Assembly (NCBI GenBank): GCA_963675525.2
Contig: CAXXSL010000016.1
Coordinates: 998,007 to 1,062,006, forward strand
Reading direction: 5' to 3'
Origin: Anaerohalosphaeraceae bacterium
GTDB lineage: Bacteria; Planctomycetota; Phycisphaerae; Sedimentisphaerales; Anaerohalosphaeraceae
DNA: 64,000 nt
Of the stretch, positions 1 through 9,803 are shown one piece after another; position 1 is the first letter of the stretch; each line of letters opens with the position of its first letter. Below the pieces are notes generated by a model, which made no database searches, was not told the origin of the DNA, and was given only the letters and a program-made list of their open reading frames with translations. Position numbers and translations under genes: made by a program.

Positions 1-64
1 TTTAACCGAACAAAAAGGGGAATTACAGTCTATTATGACAGATAAGAAGAAAGGACAGATTAAA

Positions 65-520
65 ATGAAGAAAGCATTCACAATTATTGAGTTAATGATT
101 GTCATGGCGGTGATGGCGATTCTCGTCGGTATGGCTCTGCCAAGGTTTAAAGGGATGCAGCAGGAAGGCAATACCGCCAAAGCACAGGGCGAACTTCGGA
201 CGCTCCAGACGGCCATGGAGTCTTATGCGATGCACAATGGCAATGTTTATCCCGCCAGCAGCACGACACCCTTTGACACCTATCTGGATGCGGCCGGTGT
301 GGGAACCGGTCCCCAACTGATTAGTTCGGTAATGATGGATCCCTTCAGTCCCACTAATGAATACTACTATGTACGGGGAGCGGCGGGAACTTACTATGCT
401 TTCTGTTCCAGGGGACCGGATGGGGCAGCAGATGTGACGGCGGGAGAGGTAAACAACGGCGATCTGACAGCGGCTGAGATAGACGACGATATCGTTATTT
501 CCAATGCGACGATGCCGTAG
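65..520 (+). CDS. Type IV pilin / GspG-like major (pseudo)pilin
   Basis: N-terminal MKKAF|TIIELMIVMAVMAILVG prepilin cleavage/methylation motif (E+5); GspG-like KAQGELRTLQTAMESY helix and SRGPDG motif. ATG 65 is preferred over 35. Confidence 0.9.
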   Translation: MKKAFTIIELMIVMAVMAILVGMALPRFKGMQQEGNTAKAQGELRTLQTAMESYAMHNGNVYPASSTTPFDTYLDAAGVGTGPQLISSVMMDPFSPTNEYYYVRGAAGTYYAFCSRGPDGAADVTAGEVNNGDLTAAEIDDDIVISNATMP

Positions 521-526
521 TTTTTA

Positions 527-950
527 GTGATAACAGAATGCGATAAAAAAACAAAGGCAGCTATTGTGCCCGCAGGTTCGCAGAAAAAAAAGGGATTTAC
601 GCTCATTGAGCTGCTCATCGCCATTGTCCTGATTGTGACCGGATTGGTGACATTGATGGGAATTATGAGCGTTGCCATTGTTGCTGACGCGAGTCTTGAG
701 TATCGGCTCACGGCGCTTCATCTTGCCAACGAAAAGATAGAACAACTGAAAGATGCGGCCTTTAGCAGTGTCACCGCCGGCACGGAGACCGGAAGTTCTG
801 TCGGCTTCGATTGGCTGAGCCAACGTGTGGTCAGCGTCAATGAGCCTTACGGTCCGAACCTGCTGAAAGACGTAACGGTGACCGTAGAATGGGCAGAAAA
901 AGGAAGTACACCAGTCAATCGCGGTGAATACATTCATTGCTAACCCTTGA
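527..950 (+). CDS. Minor pilin (PilV/GspI-like); probable frameshift near 910
   Basis: KKKGF|TLIELLIAIVLI motif; C-terminal KDVTVTVEW; a shifted frame gives QSIAVNTFIANP* ending at 950. Confidence 0.8.
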
Positions 951-957
951 GGCGCCG

Positions 958-1530
958 ATGATCGAAAACAGCCAACATGCGGATAATTGCAGGTGTAAAA
1001 GTGGTTTTACGCTGCTGGAAACCATTATTGTGGTTTCACTTCTTTCAGTGTTGGTCGCAGTCAGTGCCCACATATTTGTTGTGGGCCTGCGTGTTTGGAG
1101 TACCGGGAGTATGCGTACGGAGATTCGTGAGGATATCAGTTATGCGATGGACAAAACCGTTCGGGACTTAAAACAAGCGGCGAATGCCAGTCTCCAGCGG
1201 TATAACGCCATCGCTCATACGCTGCAATACGATGACCTGGCAGGGAACACCTATGTGTTGTATTTATATAACCCTGCAGATGCGTCGGTCGATTCTACGT
1301 ACGGTGAAACCCTTTACAACTTACGGAAAGCCGATATAAACGGCGGGGACTCACCGGCCTCCGGAGACGGGATGTTAATTTTAAAAGACCTGGTATCTCC
1401 GGATGCTGCGGCCCCGGCAACATCGTTGACCATCGATCCCGGCGGCACCCAAATCTCCCTCGACTTTGCCGTACAACGAAATGACGAAACCGTGGAAATC
1501 AGAACAACCGTCAGACCGAGAAATCTATGA
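958..1530 (+). CDS. Minor pilin (PilW/GspJ-like)
   Basis: KSGF|TLLETIIVVSLL motif; C-terminal IRTTVRPRN typical of PilW-like proteins. Confidence 0.85.
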   Translation: MIENSQHADNCRCKSGFTLLETIIVVSLLSVLVAVSAHIFVVGLRVWSTGSMRTEIREDISYAMDKTVRDLKQAANASLQRYNAIAHTLQYDDLAGNTYVLYLYNPADASVDSTYGETLYNLRKADINGGDSPASGDGMLILKDLVSPDAAAPATSLTIDPGGTQISLDFAVQRNDETVEIRTTVRPRNL

Positions 1531-1945
1531 AAAACGCTCACGTTAATCATAAAATAAAAGGTTCCTGTGGTAACAAAGGAATGGCTTTGCTGTTCACAAT
1601 GATTATCATGATGACCCTCTCTTCGGTTGTTGCGGCCTATCTCGGTTATGTTCAATTCAGCACACGAAGTACCGGCGCGCAAATATCAGACAGCCAGGCG
1701 ATGTATCTGGCTGAGGCCGGGATTCATTATGGTATTTATCAACTGAAACTGAATTCGACGTGGATCGGTACACCCCTCTCCTGTCTCCTTAGGGGATGGG
1801 ATTTTTTTCTACCAGCGTCATTGATTTGGGAGGAGGCAATCATCGACTAACCTCTACCGGAACTGTAAACGGCCAATTCCGCACTGCCCAGCAGGACGTC
1901 GATGCAGCGATTGCGCCCATTATTAATACCTGGAGCGAGCGATAA
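1527..1945 (+). CDS. Minor pilin PilX/GspK-like, frameshifted at about 1770-1810
   Basis: KGMALLFTMIIM (no E+5) and QAMYLAEAGI PilX N-terminal motif. Another frame ends INTWSER* at TAA 1943-1945, overlapping the pilM ATG; homopolymer runs lie at the break. Confidence 0.75.
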
Positions 1946-3552
1946 TGAAAACTAATCCTTTTAAACTAAACACCTATTTCCTGCGGAAAAACCGACGGAT
2001 TGGCCTGGATATAGGAGACGGTTCTATCAAGTTAGTCGAATTGACCCGTCAGGGAGGAACGTTCGTTCTGTCGAAGCTTAAACTGCAGGAAATGGACTTC
2101 ACTAAAGACAGAGACAAAAGTCAGTTAGAGGCATTAAAAAATCTGCTTCAGGACATCGATACACAAGACGCAATGATTAATGTGGTGATCAACTGCGCAA
2201 AAAGCTACACGAACATATCGCTTATTCCCTATATGCCTAATTCAGAAATCCTTCAGGCTCTCAAATGGGACATGAAAAACTTTTTATCGTTTCCGGTCGA
2301 AGAGGCCGCCATAGATTATGAAATTATTCAGGAAGTGACTGAGGGAGACGTTAGAAAACTTAAAATAGCTGTGGCCTGCTGCCCCCAGGAAACGGTTGAC
2401 AGGAACCTTGCGTTGCTAAGGCAGGCAGGCATCATGCCTTCGGTATTTACACAATATGGTTTTGCCTTAAAAAATACGGTCTCCACTCTTTGTCCGGAAG
2501 CGAGTAAAACGACTGCGGTTTTAGACATTGGCCATCGTTTCAGCGGACTTTTGATTTTTCATGACAAGAAACTCTTATTCAGCCGGAAATTACCGGTAGG
2601 CGGTCAGGACTTCACGGAAGAGATGATGCAGTCGCTTGCCTCCGTTTCCGGCAAAGGCGAATTGTCGTTTGAAGAAGCGGAAAAGATGAAAAAAGAATAC
2701 GGCATTGTCGACTCTGATGGTTCTGAAACACCAGAGGGAGAGGTCGGCGGCGCACAGTTCCTTCAGCTTTTGCGTCCTAATTTAGAAAAGCTTTCAAAAG
2801 CGATCCATCGTTCGTTTGTCTATTATTGTGAAAAAGAACGAAATGAACCTGTCGAAACATTACTTTTGCTGGGCGGCGGCGGCAACCTTAAGAATCTGAC
2901 AAAGACTTTAAACGAGGCCCTGCACATTCCTGTCCGGAAAGGTGACCCGCTGACAGGATATCCATGCAGTGACTCTTCTTTACTTGTCCATGAGCCGGAA
3001 ACGTTAAACCGATACGCCTCTGCTTTAGGTGCAGCGCTGGCTCCACGCAACAGCATCAACCTGTTACCCATAGAAATAAAGAAGAAGACCGGGTTGTTGA
3101 TTAAGCGATCTTCAATTAAAGCGTTGGTTACAGCCGTTGGCGTCATCCTGGTTTTGGTATATATAGGCATGAGGATCAAGCTGGATAATTATGAAAAACG
3201 TATTGCTGCTGCGAACATGGAACTGACGGCGTTGTCCCCTCAGATAGAAGAAATACCCACCCGGATTTTTGTTCAGGACCTCTTAACACAACGACCCTAC
3301 TGGAGCGATGCGTTGAAAGAGACATCAAATCTCATTCCCGAGCAGATTCGTTTAACAGAAATAAACGCCCAGCAAAATACGCTGACTCTAAAAGGTGAAA
3401 TTAAAACGCCGGACCAGGTTCGAAAGAATTTCCTTACTGAATTTATCTATACATTAGAACAAGGCATTTTCAAGGAAGTGGACTTGATATCCGCACAGAA
3501 TGGATCAGAAAACAAGCTCAATACATTTGAACTGAGGCTGAGGCTTGAATGA
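1945..3552 (+). CDS. pilM: Type IV pilus assembly protein PilM fused to a PilN-like domain
   Basis: IGLDIGDGSIKLVEL, VLDIG and LLLGGG actin-like PilM motifs, then INLLP + TM helix + LTEI..LTLKGE (PilN) in the same ORF. Confidence 0.88.
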   Translation: MKTNPFKLNTYFLRKNRRIGLDIGDGSIKLVELTRQGGTFVLSKLKLQEMDFTKDRDKSQLEALKNLLQDIDTQDAMINVVINCAKSYTNISLIPYMPNSEILQALKWDMKNFLSFPVEEAAIDYEIIQEVTEGDVRKLKIAVACCPQETVDRNLALLRQAGIMPSVFTQYGFALKNTVSTLCPEASKTTAVLDIGHRFSGLLIFHDKKLLFSRKLPVGGQDFTEEMMQSLASVSGKGELSFEEAEKMKKEYGIVDSDGSETPEGEVGGAQFLQLLRPNLEKLSKAIHRSFVYYCEKERNEPVETLLLLGGGGNLKNLTKTLNEALHIPVRKGDPLTGYPCSDSSLLVHEPETLNRYASALGAALAPRNSINLLPIEIKKKTGLLIKRSSIKALVTAVGVILVLVYIGMRIKLDNYEKRIAAANMELTALSPQIEEIPTRIFVQDLLTQRPYWSDALKETSNLIPEQIRLTEINAQQNTLTLKGEIKTPDQVRKNFLTEFIYTLEQGIFKEVDLISAQNGSENKLNTFELRLRLE

Positions 3553-4109
3553 AAAATCAAATAAACGATAAAATCGCTCAATTAAAAGAACGCCTCGGGC
3601 CTTCCAATGTGCGGACGGCTCTGATTGCCTGCTGCGTCCTGCCCTGCCTGATTTTTATAATCTTTGGGCACAAGCCATTGATAGACAAGCTAAAAGATGC
3701 GTCAAACAGACTTCAGGAAGTGGAAACCGAGCTGTTGGAACAGCACCGTGCTATTGCCGCACTGAAAAAGATTGATATGAAAGATAAGGTGATACAACAA
3801 AATGAGATTCCTCTGGCAATCGATGAGTTGATTGAAAAAGGACGGGAGTTTGGACTCCAGTTTCGTTCTATTTCACCAAGCCCGCTGCGGAAGACAGCAC
3901 AGCCATGCATCTGGATGTTGCCCGTCAGTTTTGTTATAGAATCAGGATATAAAAATTTAGGTCAATTTCTGGATTACATTGAAACGTCTTCTCGCAACAT
4001 TGCTGTGGCAGAAAGCTTATCTATTAACCCGAAAGGGGAAAATCTGTCACGATTAAGTGTGGGACTTGTAATTAACCTGTATGTGGAAAGAAAAAATGAA
4101 ACAAAATAA
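3549..4109 (+). CDS. pilO: PilO-like pilus assembly protein
   Basis: TM helix, coiled coil, then EIPLAIDEL...FRSISP...SGYKNLGQFLDYIE PilO pattern; lies after pilMN. Confidence 0.8.
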   Translation: MKNQINDKIAQLKERLGPSNVRTALIACCVLPCLIFIIFGHKPLIDKLKDASNRLQEVETELLEQHRAIAALKKIDMKDKVIQQNEIPLAIDELIEKGREFGLQFRSISPSPLRKTAQPCIWMLPVSFVIESGYKNLGQFLDYIETSSRNIAVAESLSINPKGENLSRLSVGLVINLYVERKNETK

Positions 4110-4533
4110 TAAAATCATCATGCTGGGAGTATTGGTAATTATTGTTGTCTTTACATGGATGCCGAAGGGCATCAAGCCCGCAACGGCTTCAGCTGATACA
4201 TCCGAGGCAGATACGTCAGAGGCAGACGCCCTTGAACAGGAAATGCCTATAATGACAGCGGCGCCGGCAAAGAGAACTGAATTTGTGGATTGGGGAAGGG
4301 ATCCCTTTGTTTTCTCGCAAGCAGAAAATTCAGACGATTCGGGCGATATATCTGCTTTGTCACTTCGTGCGATTATGTGGGAAGCTGAAAAACCGTCGGC
4401 ATTTATAAATGATTCAGTCGTCGTTGTTGGTGACAGAATTATTGATAAGATGGTTAAAAAGATTGAAAAAAATAGAGTGATTCTAACCGACCAGACAAAG
4501 GACTATATATTGGAACTACAAAAAGAATGGTGA
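4096..4533 (+). CDS. PilP/GspC-like protein
   Basis: TM helix, WGRDPF motif, LSLRAIMW..PSAFIN..V.VGD.I HR-domain pattern. Confidence 0.7.
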   Translation: MKQNNKIIMLGVLVIIVVFTWMPKGIKPATASADTSEADTSEADALEQEMPIMTAAPAKRTEFVDWGRDPFVFSQAENSDDSGDISALSLRAIMWEAEKPSAFINDSVVVVGDRIIDKMVKKIEKNRVILTDQTKDYILELQKEW

Positions 4534-4607
4534 TGTAACACAAGTTTGATTCATGACGAAAGTCGAAAAGAAACAGAAACCCATAGAAGAAGGACGGAGA
4601 TAAATTT

Positions 4608-5486
4608 ATGAGCGATAAAACAACCCAAATTCCGCTGCCAGAAAACAACACGAATGACGCACAGTCCATTAGGGCACAGGAAAAAGATTACAATGAACGA
4701 ATGAGTCAGTTCGTTTCTCATGTTTCACATGACCTGCGTACACCGCTTTCAATTATACAGACGGCGATCAATCTTACTTTGGATGAAATGATCGGAACAA
4801 TAACAGACGAACAGAGAGATGTTCTAACAACGGCAATGGACAGCTCGAAATGGCTTTCGGACATGATTCGTTCCTTGTCGATTATCACTAAGCTTGAATG
4901 CGGAAAGTTGCTTTTGAGTAAGAAAGATGTGGATATTTGTGAACTCATTGAAGAGACGGTTTCCGAATGCAAATCCCTTGCTCAGAAAAAAACACTGTCC
5001 CTGGAGTGTGAACTTCCGGAACAGACTATTGACGTTTGTCTGGATCCCGAGCAAACAAAACTGGTCCTGACGAACCTGATTTCCAACAGCATTAAATTTA
5101 CTCCCGAAGGAGGCCAGATTAAAGTCACGTGCCTGAGGCAAGATGAAGAGGTTCAGTTCAGTGTTCAGGATTCGGGTGTTGGCATTGCAACAGAAGATAT
5201 GGTAAAGTTGTTTGAAAAATTTGCCAAATTCAGCAAAAAGCCGGGGTCGGAAGTTAAAGGAGCTGGTTTGGGACTTGCGATTGTAAAAAAGCTGGTTGAA
5301 ATGCATGATGGCAGAATAAATGTTGAAAGTGAAATTGACCAAGGTGCAACCTTCACGGTCTCGCTGCCATTGACTTGTATGGCCGAAGTAGAAAATTTGT
5401 CTGGAGAAATTTCTCTCACGGACCGCACGGTGCTACTTCGCCGCGCAGGAACGGAAAATTTCGATTGTAATCTAAAACAATCTTGA
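4608..5486 (+). CDS. Cytoplasmic histidine kinase (HisKA + HATPase_c) without a sensor domain
   Basis: VSHDLRTPL H-box, NLISNSIKFT N-box, DSGVGI G1, GAGLGLAI G2. Confidence 0.92.
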   Translation: MSDKTTQIPLPENNTNDAQSIRAQEKDYNERMSQFVSHVSHDLRTPLSIIQTAINLTLDEMIGTITDEQRDVLTTAMDSSKWLSDMIRSLSIITKLECGKLLLSKKDVDICELIEETVSECKSLAQKKTLSLECELPEQTIDVCLDPEQTKLVLTNLISNSIKFTPEGGQIKVTCLRQDEEVQFSVQDSGVGIATEDMVKLFEKFAKFSKKPGSEVKGAGLGLAIVKKLVEMHDGRINVESEIDQGATFTVSLPLTCMAEVENLSGEISLTDRTVLLRRAGTENFDCNLKQS

Positions 5487-5513
5487 ACAGAATTCAAATG
5501 CATACTGGATATT

Positions 5514-6623
5514 CTAAACCATGTATTTCCTACTGTTTCCAATAACCTTATCCGTTTGTTTAGAAACATCCTGTACATAGCGTGTGGCCATTAGCAAATT
5601 TGCATGCCCAAGAAGCCGCTGGACTGCAAAAGGATCACCCGACCGAGCAGCCATGGTGGCGGCTGTTCTTCGAAGCGTGTAAAAGCCAGTTCCTTTGGGG
5701 ACATCAAGGCCCGCGTTTTTTATCATTTTGGAAAATTTTGTTGCAATCGAATTTATCGGAGAATATTTCTCATAACCATTGGCATCAATTTTCAAAACAT
5801 TACGAACAAACGGATTTCCTCTGGCAGTATAGAACACCAGCTTACCTTTCTTAGGAACTGCCCTGAGTGCCTCGATTGTTTCAGGCCACAAGGGCAAATC
5901 TCTTGCAACACCAGTCTTTCCTCTGGGAAAAACTACACGGCCATTGACAAGATCGAAGTGTTTCCACTGAAGTTCGGAACAATCCGTACATCCGAAACCA
6001 CAGTTTAATCCGAGCCAGATCATGGCTTTCATTTGTGTATCAGCAACTGCGAGCAATTTATTGATTTCCTCATGGGTGAAAATTCTGCGTTGTTTATTGA
6101 TGATCTTGCTTCTGCTGACGGCGTCAACATTTGGTATTTGTTTCAATATATCATTTTTCTTTGCCCAGTGAAATAAAGTTTTCAAGTTGCTGATATGTAA
6201 ATTCAACCGATGACCGGAACGATTGTATTGCTTCTGAAGTTTTCGCTTGTAATTTTGTAAATCGATGGTTGAGATATCTTTGATTCTACGGCCATGACCG
6301 AGAAATGCCATTAACTTATTCAAACTGCCTATCTGATCATTATAATGTCGAGCGGTGATGGCATTTGCCTGCACCTTGGACAATTGGTATTTCAAAAACA
6401 GCTCACACAGCTGCTTCAGTGTCATTGAATCATTGGCCGGTTTTTGAGAATTATCATTGCTTCCATGCAAATACGCCGCTTGGTCAATATATCGTTGAAG
6501 TGCTTCCTTTTTGTCTGAACCAAAATAGTACATCTTACCTTTGATCTTTTTACAATACTGTCCCGTTGAATGCCGCGTCAACGGAAATTTATCAGAACGA
6601 GTTTTTCTTTTAACAGGTTTCAT
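5514..6623 (-). CDS. Tyrosine recombinase/phage integrase (planctomycete type)
   Basis: N-terminal FPLTRHSTGQYCKKIKGKMYYFG arm-binding-like segment, RGKTG (catalytic K), YTLRRT, LLGH, TRY. Start could be 6674. Confidence 0.9.
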   Translation of the reverse strand: MKPVKRKTRSDKFPLTRHSTGQYCKKIKGKMYYFGSDKKEALQRYIDQAAYLHGSNDNSQKPANDSMTLKQLCELFLKYQLSKVQANAITARHYNDQIGSLNKLMAFLGHGRRIKDISTIDLQNYKRKLQKQYNRSGHRLNLHISNLKTLFHWAKKNDILKQIPNVDAVSRSKIINKQRRIFTHEEINKLLAVADTQMKAMIWLGLNCGFGCTDCSELQWKHFDLVNGRVVFPRGKTGVARDLPLWPETIEALRAVPKKGKLVFYTARGNPFVRNVLKIDANGYEKYSPINSIATKFSKMIKNAGLDVPKGTGFYTLRRTAATMAARSGDPFAVQRLLGHANLLMATRYVQDVSKQTDKVIGNSRKYMV

Positions 6624-6860
6624 GGCTCTGCCCTCACATTCAAAATGGGTTTCAATTTTTTCGATAATAGCCATTTAGATGTAAGAATGGTTGTATTTCA
6701 GAAATGGACCACGAAGTTCGTCAATCACAACCAGCCAACTTACATCAGCTTATGATTATTATACGCCAAAGAGGGCAGAAGGTTATTAAAGCCGTTTGAC
6801 TCCAAGAAAATGGTTTACCCTCAGTATCCCTAAACCCCGGGCCTCAGCCAACAGTTGAAT

Positions 6861-6943
6861 AAAAAATCCGCCTGTGGGCAGAAGGAGGAAGGGAAACAGG
6901 TGATGTTCCCCAAGGACTAACCACAGGCGGCAGAAGGAGCTTT
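6861..6943 (-). ncRNA. Candidate small RNA/leader RNA with intrinsic-terminator-like end
   Basis: Perfect 10-bp stem (6868-6877/6921-6930) enclosing an inner hairpin (6891-6910), followed on the minus strand by a U6 tract; lies directly downstream of a near-consensus promoter. Confidence 0.55.
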
Positions 6944-6949
6944 GGATGT

Positions 6950-6978
6950 ATTATACTGCAAACTTATACCGAATTCAA
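6950..6978 (-). promoter_or_regulatory. Sigma70-type promoter
   Basis: Minus strand TTGAAT-17 bp-TATAAT. Confidence 0.7.
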
Positions 6979-7077
6979 GTATGAGCGGCATGTCTTTTTT
7001 GTTTTCATAATTACAGTCGATATAAATGGTGATTTTGCTATAATCGCCTCTGATGGCAATATTCTATTTAGGGTGAT

Positions 7078-7137
7078 AAAATGCAGACTCGACCTTGGAC
7101 GATGCTGCTGATGATACTGGCAGGATGGCTAAACAGA
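7078..7137 (+). repeat. 60-bp direct repeat copy 1 (5' remnant of a transposase-like gene)
   Basis: 54/60 identical to 8449-8508; translates MQTRPWTMLLMILAGWLNR. Confidence 0.85.
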
Positions 7138-7161
7138 TTAGGAAAACACAAAGAGATTATC

Positions 7162-8430
7162 ATGAAAAAACTCACAAAATGCCTTTTATTCTTTATTACT
7201 ATAACAACTCCATTATTGGGAAATGAAACTAATTGGTCACGGTGGCGTGGTCCGCATAATACTGGCAGTATTGCTTCTGGAGCATATCCCATTAAGTGGG
7301 ATTTGGAATCAGACCAGGTGATCTGGAAAATTGATATCCCAGGCAAGGGTTTTTCTACACCGATTGTTTGGAATCAGACAATCTACTTGACAACGGGCAC
7401 AGAAGGCTTAGATACAGTACTCGCCTTCGATTGGTCGGGCCATCAGGTTTGGAAAAAGCAACTGGGTCCAGAAACAGAAGGAAAACATAAAAATGGATCA
7501 GGCAGCAACCCTTCAGCAGTAACCGATGGAAAGGCAGTTTTTGTCTTTTTTAAAAGCGGCAATTTTGCTGCTATTGACCTTGATGGATCAATCCGTTGGC
7601 AAGCTAATCTTTTCGAACGTTACGGTAAAGACGAACGTTATTGGGATTTTGGGACTTCCCCTGTATTGACAAAGAAGTATGTCGTGATCGTTGAAATGCA
7701 TGACGGGGAATCCTGGCTAGCTGCTTTTGACAAAGTCACGGGCGAATTAAAATGGATGGTCTCACGCAACTATGAAACACCGCGAGAAGGCAGCCAGGGA
7801 TACACAACGCCTATTGTTTTTTCGCATAATGGAATTGAGGCACTGTTAATATGGGGCGGCCAGCATCTTACAGCTCATGATGCAGTTGATGGTAAAACTA
7901 TCTGGTCGTGCGGCAATTTTAATCCAAAAGAAACACCAAACTGGCCGGTTGTAGCATCGCCTGTGATTTCTGGAGAAATCGCCGTCGTGCCTTACGGCCG
8001 TGCAGACCGCGGTCAACCTCGTCTGCACGGAATCAAGCTAGGTGAAAGCGGAGATGTTACAGAAACGCACCGTTTATGGAAGCGAGATGATATAGGTTCT
8101 TTTATACCAACACCCGTAGAATACAAAGGGCGAGTTTACTTGATTAGTGACCGTGGTGAAATCAACTGCATTAATCCTTTGACAGGTGAGGATGTTTGGA
8201 GTGGAACCTTTCCAAAAGGGAAAGGCAATTTCTACTCGTCACCTTTGATTGCTGGTGATCACCTCTATGCTGCTCGAGAAGATGGAATAATCTTTGTTAT
8301 AAAATTAGAAGATAAATTTGAAATCATTTCAGAAATCAACATGAAAGATAGAATTATCGCATCACCGATTGCAATTTCTGGTCGTCTTTTGATCCGAACG
8401 AATAGTCATCTTTTCTGTATTGGAAATTAA
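7162..8430 (+). CDS. Secreted PQQ-like (BamB-type) beta-propeller protein
   Basis: Signal peptide MKKLTKCLLFF, NWSRWRGP, repeated SP..../G..W propeller blades. Confidence 0.9.
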   Translation: MKKLTKCLLFFITITTPLLGNETNWSRWRGPHNTGSIASGAYPIKWDLESDQVIWKIDIPGKGFSTPIVWNQTIYLTTGTEGLDTVLAFDWSGHQVWKKQLGPETEGKHKNGSGSNPSAVTDGKAVFVFFKSGNFAAIDLDGSIRWQANLFERYGKDERYWDFGTSPVLTKKYVVIVEMHDGESWLAAFDKVTGELKWMVSRNYETPREGSQGYTTPIVFSHNGIEALLIWGGQHLTAHDAVDGKTIWSCGNFNPKETPNWPVVASPVISGEIAVVPYGRADRGQPRLHGIKLGESGDVTETHRLWKRDDIGSFIPTPVEYKGRVYLISDRGEINCINPLTGEDVWSGTFPKGKGNFYSSPLIAGDHLYAAREDGIIFVIKLEDKFEIISEINMKDRIIASPIAISGRLLIRTNSHLFCIGN

Positions 8431-8448
8431 CATATTAACTAAGGAATT

Positions 8449-8508
8449 AAAATGTAAACTCGACCTTGGACGATGCTGCTGATGATGTTGACAGGATGGA
8501 TAAACAGA
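8449..8508 (+). repeat. 60-bp direct repeat copy 2
   Basis: Matches 7078-7137; continues GWINRHQ; codon 2 is TAA. Confidence 0.85.
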
Positions 8509-8717
8509 CATCAGGGTCGGATTCGACAAGGTTCTGTCCAAAGATGATGATTGTAAGTAACAGGACAGGGGAAAAACCGTATATTTATGGAATTTTGAGG
8601 AAAACCGGGCATGGAATGGATTTTTCTTGACCTTGCAGTATCGAATTTTGTAAATTGTAGATGTTTTAAGGAGTCAATCGATTTTTTTACCGTGTAAATG
8701 AGAAATGTCAGTTAGAT

Positions 8718-9803
8718 ATGACTATTGTTGAAGGACAAATAGAGCCTCTTAAAAAATTGAAGGAGGCCTTAAGCAGGAGCGGTATAACAAGATTCAATTC
8801 TATCGGTGAAATAGATCGTTTTATTAAGAACTATGAGACGGAAAAACAACAGCTGCCTAGTCTTATTGAGAGTGCACTAGAGGCAGAAATACAAGCTATG
8901 CATGCTACCCTTACTCGGCACCAACAGATCTACGAAGAATTAAAAGCAGGTATCCGAAATGAAATAACGCAAAAGGCTCAAGAACTGGAAGTTGAAACAA
9001 GGAAGGCTAAAGACAAGAGCAAAAGGAACTTGTTTTATAGAATTGTCTATTTTCTAAAGATCAAAAATTTGTCCCGTAGGAGGTCGAACCTAGAAAAGAA
9101 CCTCGAAAGCATCATCAAAGAGAAAACAAGTAATGCAGAAGATAAGGTAGCTAAACTAGAGATTGAAATCGCCGATTGCTTGGAGAGCAAAAGAAAAAAT
9201 ATTTCGGAGCGTTGCAAGGAATCTTTTGAAGATCTGGCTTATACGAAGGAAGTTATTGATGGGCTTTATACACTAATTGCTGGGGCAATCGGAGAAAGTT
9301 CTGTTGTAAAAGCTCTTCAACAACTATCAGATGATTTTTACCTATTTAATGATTTTTCATTAAATTTTGATCCGCCCATATATAACAAGAATGAAGATGA
9401 CAGAATATTTAGCATTCAAATAGACCATCTACTTGTTTGCCAATCTGGGGTGTTTCTTCTCGAAACAAAAAATTGGAGTAGGAGATCAATAGAAAACCTT
9501 GACCTGAGATCACCAGTCAAGCAGATTTTAAGAACTAGCTATGCGTTATTTGTATTGCTAAATAGCGATTCAAAATTTAATGATATCGAGCTTGAATGCC
9601 ATCATTGGGGTCCCAAGAAAATACCAATACGAAATGTTATCGTTATGACCAATGAAAAACCTAAAGAAGAATTCAAACATGTAAAAATTTTATCTCTAAG
9701 CGAGTTAAACGGTTACATTCAATATTTTGAGCAATTGTTTAGTGGTAAAGAAGTTAAAAGCATCTTCGAATACTTAAAAAATAGAAAGAATATAAACCCA
9801 TAA
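8718..9803 (+). CDS. NERD (nuclease-related) domain protein with N-terminal coiled coil
   Basis: GAIGE..V...L, QIDHLLV..SGVFLLETKNW, SPVKQ motifs; AT-rich. Confidence 0.88.
   Translation: MTIVEGQIEPLKKLKEALSRSGITRFNSIGEIDRFIKNYETEKQQLPSLIESALEAEIQAMHATLTRHQQIYEELKAGIRNEITQKAQELEVETRKAKDKSKRNLFYRIVYFLKIKNLSRRRSNLEKNLESIIKEKTSNAEDKVAKLEIEIADCLESKRKNISERCKESFEDLAYTKEVIDGLYTLIAGAIGESSVVKALQQLSDDFYLFNDFSLNFDPPIYNKNEDDRIFSIQIDHLLVCQSGVFLLETKNWSRRSIENLDLRSPVKQILRTSYALFVLLNSDSKFNDIELECHHWGPKKIPIRNVIVMTNEKPKEEFKHVKILSLSELNGYIQYFEQLFSGKEVKSIFEYLKNRKNINP

Noticed and set aside
4192..4230. Tandem ADTSE repeat in the PilP-like protein
   Set aside because: Short degenerate linker duplication with synonymous differences; not an array.
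5514..6623. Integron integrase serving the nearby attC-like site
   Set aside because: Lacks recognisable IntI motifs or the IntI-specific insertion; looks like a phage-type integrase.
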